A stretch of 62,879 bases of DNA, filler included. It is 6 parts of 6 records of this genome, joined end to end, with 100 filler letters (N's around TTAATTAATTAA, not from the genome) between each part and the next. Parts side by side here need not be neighbours in the genome. Positions count along the whole stretch, not along the records: positions 57,539 to 62,879 come from SRR2962707_1892; 5 more parts are not named here. One strand, written 5' to 3'. How positions within the stretch are numbered: the stretch's first letter is position 1; each line of letters starts with the position of its first letter. The notes below the pieces were generated by a model. It was given only the letters and a program-made list of their open reading frames with translations, did no database searches and had not been told where the DNA came from. The translations under genes were made by a program, and so were the position numbers. Positions 61,009 to 62,879 of the stretch are shown one piece after another.

Positions 61009-62156
61009 TGGTTGAGCAGTTCCTCAATATCTTGCTTTACCGGCGCGATAATATCCTCGCGCCATCCCTCAAAAAACGTCTGGCCCGCCAGGGTGCCATC
61101 CTGGATCAGTTTCTCAATACGTTTACGTGGCGCCAATATTTCCATTGGAATATCAAAGCGTTCGGCTGCATTGCTAAAGTAACGCTTAACCTTCTTGTAA
61201 AGCGCTTGCTGATCCCGGCTCAGCGGTCTGGGGATGAGCTCAAGCCCGGAATTATCGGTAGCACGGGCGGCCTGCACAAGTTCAACCAACTGCTCGCCAT
61301 AGCGTTTAACGAACCCTCCGGGTACGCCCTGAACATCCCTGATCACCGCAGCAGATGACGGCAAACGCTCAGCAATGGCAATCAGCAAGCCATCGTTCAG
61401 GATCCTGTTGCGTGGCCGGTCCTGGCGTCGGCACTCCTGCTCGCGCCAGGCGACCAGTGCCCGGAGAACCGCTTGCTGTTCCCGGTTCAGGGTCCAGCCG
61501 CCCCGGAGTTTCAGGTAATGCTGCTCCGGGTCTTCCTGGGTAGCGGCCTCGTTGGCAAATCGCCGGGACTCATCCGCCAGGGCATGTTCCAGGTTACGCT
61601 GCCTGAGGTTAGCCAACACCCATCCGTAAAGTGGCTCAAGAAAACGGATGTCGTCCAGAGCGTAGCGTTCCTGGGCCGGCGTCAGTGGCCGTGACACCCA
61701 GTCCGAACGGGTGGCGGATTTATCGAGCGCCTCTCCGAACAGGGTCTCAACCAGGCGGGCATAACCAACGGAAAATCCGGCACCGGCCAGTGCGGCACCG
61801 ATCTGCAAATCCAGCACACCCGCTGGCTCCACATTCAGCCAATGGCGAAATAACTCCAGATCCTCGCTCATGGCATACAGCAGTTTTGGCCGGCTTTCAT
61901 CGGCCAGCATGGCCCGGAACGACCCAGCGGCCTCGGCTACCTCCGGATCCACCAGCCAGAGCTGTCCGTCAGCGCCTAACTGCACGAGGCCTGGAATCGG
62001 GTAGAAGGTGGAAACCCGTTCAAACTCGGTATCAAGTGCAACCGGAATGCCGGGGTCAAGACAGCCGAGCCACTGATCCAGTTGCTCGGGTGTCTCCAGC
62101 CAGCGAACGGTATCCGGGGCCGCTGGAATGGTTACGGCCGGGTCGGTATGGGTCAT
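61005..62156 (-). CDS. rnd: Ribonuclease D
   Basis: ALDTEFERVSTFYP, SDWVSRPLT...YALDD, HRDC region WREQECRRQDRPRNRIL. Confidence 0.93.
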   Translation of the reverse strand: MTHTDPAVTIPAAPDTVRWLETPEQLDQWLGCLDPGIPVALDTEFERVSTFYPIPGLVQLGADGQLWLVDPEVAEAAGSFRAMLADESRPKLLYAMSEDLELFRHWLNVEPAGVLDLQIGAALAGAGFSVGYARLVETLFGEALDKSATRSDWVSRPLTPAQERYALDDIRFLEPLYGWVLANLRQRNLEHALADESRRFANEAATQEDPEQHYLKLRGGWTLNREQQAVLRALVAWREQECRRQDRPRNRILNDGLLIAIAERLPSSAAVIRDVQGVPGGFVKRYGEQLVELVQAARATDNSGLELIPRPLSRDQQALYKKVKRYFSNAAERFDIPMEILAPRKRIEKLIQDGTLAGQTFFEGWREDIIAPVKQDIEELLNQ

Positions 62157-62173
62157 AGACAGAACCTGAGGAC

Positions 62174-62776
62174 TTATTCAGACAGGGGTTTGCGACCCCG
62201 GAATGCATGGGTGAGTGTAAAGCCGTCAACATAGCCCAGCTCACCGCCAACGGGAATGCCATGGGCCAGGCGTGTGATCAGGATATTCTGGCCATCAAGG
62301 CGGTCAGCAATGTAGTGGGCGGTAGCCTCACCTTCCACCGTGGGGTTGGTGGCCAGGATCAATTCGGTTACGCCTTCACGGCGCACTCTATCAAGCAGAC
62401 GCTCGATCCCGATCTCCTCCGGGCCCACGCCATCGATGGGAGACAGGTGCCCCATCAACACGAAGTAACTGCCTTTGTAATCGCCGGCCTGCTCAATGGC
62501 AAGCAGGTCTGAAGGGCTTTCAACAACACACAGGGTGCCATTGCGGCGCTCGGGTTTTTCGCAGATCTGGCAGATTTCGGTATCCGAAAAATTCTGGCAG
62601 CTGTCGCAACGGCGCACGCCGTCCATCGCATGATTCAACGCCGCTGCCAGCCGGGTTCCGCCAGAGCGGCCCCGCTCCAGCAGATGAAAGGCCATGCGCT
62701 GGGCCGTTTTCTGGCCAACACCCGGCAGGCATCTCAGGGATTCCACCAATTCATCAACCAGGGGGCTGAATGCCAT
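62174..62776 (-). CDS. recR: Recombination mediator RecR
   Basis: [12 protein letters not shown]4 zinc finger, [22 protein letters not shown]. Confidence 0.98.
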   Translation of the reverse strand: MAFSPLVDELVESLRCLPGVGQKTAQRMAFHLLERGRSGGTRLAAALNHAMDGVRRCDSCQNFSDTEICQICEKPERRNGTLCVVESPSDLLAIEQAGDYKGSYFVLMGHLSPIDGVGPEEIGIERLLDRVRREGVTELILATNPTVEGEATAHYIADRLDGQNILITRLAHGIPVGGELGYVDGFTLTHAFRGRKPLSE

Positions 62777-62809
62777 GACTACTCCTCAAAAAATCGATGG
62801 CAGGCCGGC

Positions 62810-62879
62810 TCAGAACGGCATCTTGAAACCGGGCGGCATCCCCATGCCTGACATCATGCCGGACATTTTGTCTTTCTGG
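62810..62879 (-). CDS. ybaB: YbaB/EbfC nucleoid-associated protein, 3' fragment
   Basis: Manual translation ...QKDKMSGMMSGMGMPPGFKMPF*, directly upstream of recR. Confidence 0.9.
   Translation of the reverse strand, partial: QKDKMSGMMSGMGMPPGFKMPF

Noticed and set aside
1-62879. CRISPR arrays, tRNA/rRNA genes, transposases, integrases, phage or defence genes
   Set aside because: None recognised by eye; the only tandem repeats seen are short microsatellites and low-complexity coding tracts.

Overview
This window is not one locus. It is six contigs joined by an artificial 100-nt spacer (N44-TTAATTAATTAA-N44). (1) 1-14585, Rhizobiales-like alphaproteobacterium: acs (partial), M15 peptidase, LysR/epimerase, MFS, pecS-pecM, pyc, Cys-rich protein, aldo-keto reductase, rplU-rpmA-GNAT-obgE. 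(2) 14686-21356, a eukaryote: two convergent genes with GT-AG introns of about 90-130 nt (an O-fucosyltransferase-like gene and a histidine-phosphatase multidomain gene), with microsatellites at both ends. (3) 21457-31485, Roseobacter-group-like: lpdA, DUF924, MFS, queA, YhdP/AsmA, bcp, DUF455, M23-type gene. (4) 31586-45907, high-GC Rhizobiales-like: matAB, a sugar-catabolic cluster, an RHH-glyoxalase-Tat-GMC module and a LexA-boxed imuA-imuB-dnaE2 cassette. (5) 46008-57438, Marinobacter-like: a PAS kinase/two-regulator/c-di-GMP/chemoreceptor cascade, plus an uncharacterised operon (VTT-flavoprotein disulfide reductase fusion, ArsS-like Cys-rich radical SAM enzyme, Na+/solute symporter, degenerate Cys-bearing metallophosphoesterase). 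(6) 57539-62879, Marinobacter-like: ybaB-recR-rnd-ycgL-ycgN-VWA-moxR. The best candidates for undescribed systems are the radical-SAM/symporter operon (possibly organoarsenic or arsenosugar handling) and the Cys-tipped RHH-glyoxalase-GMC module with its own palindromic site. All family and taxon calls come from motif recognition by eye; no database search was run.
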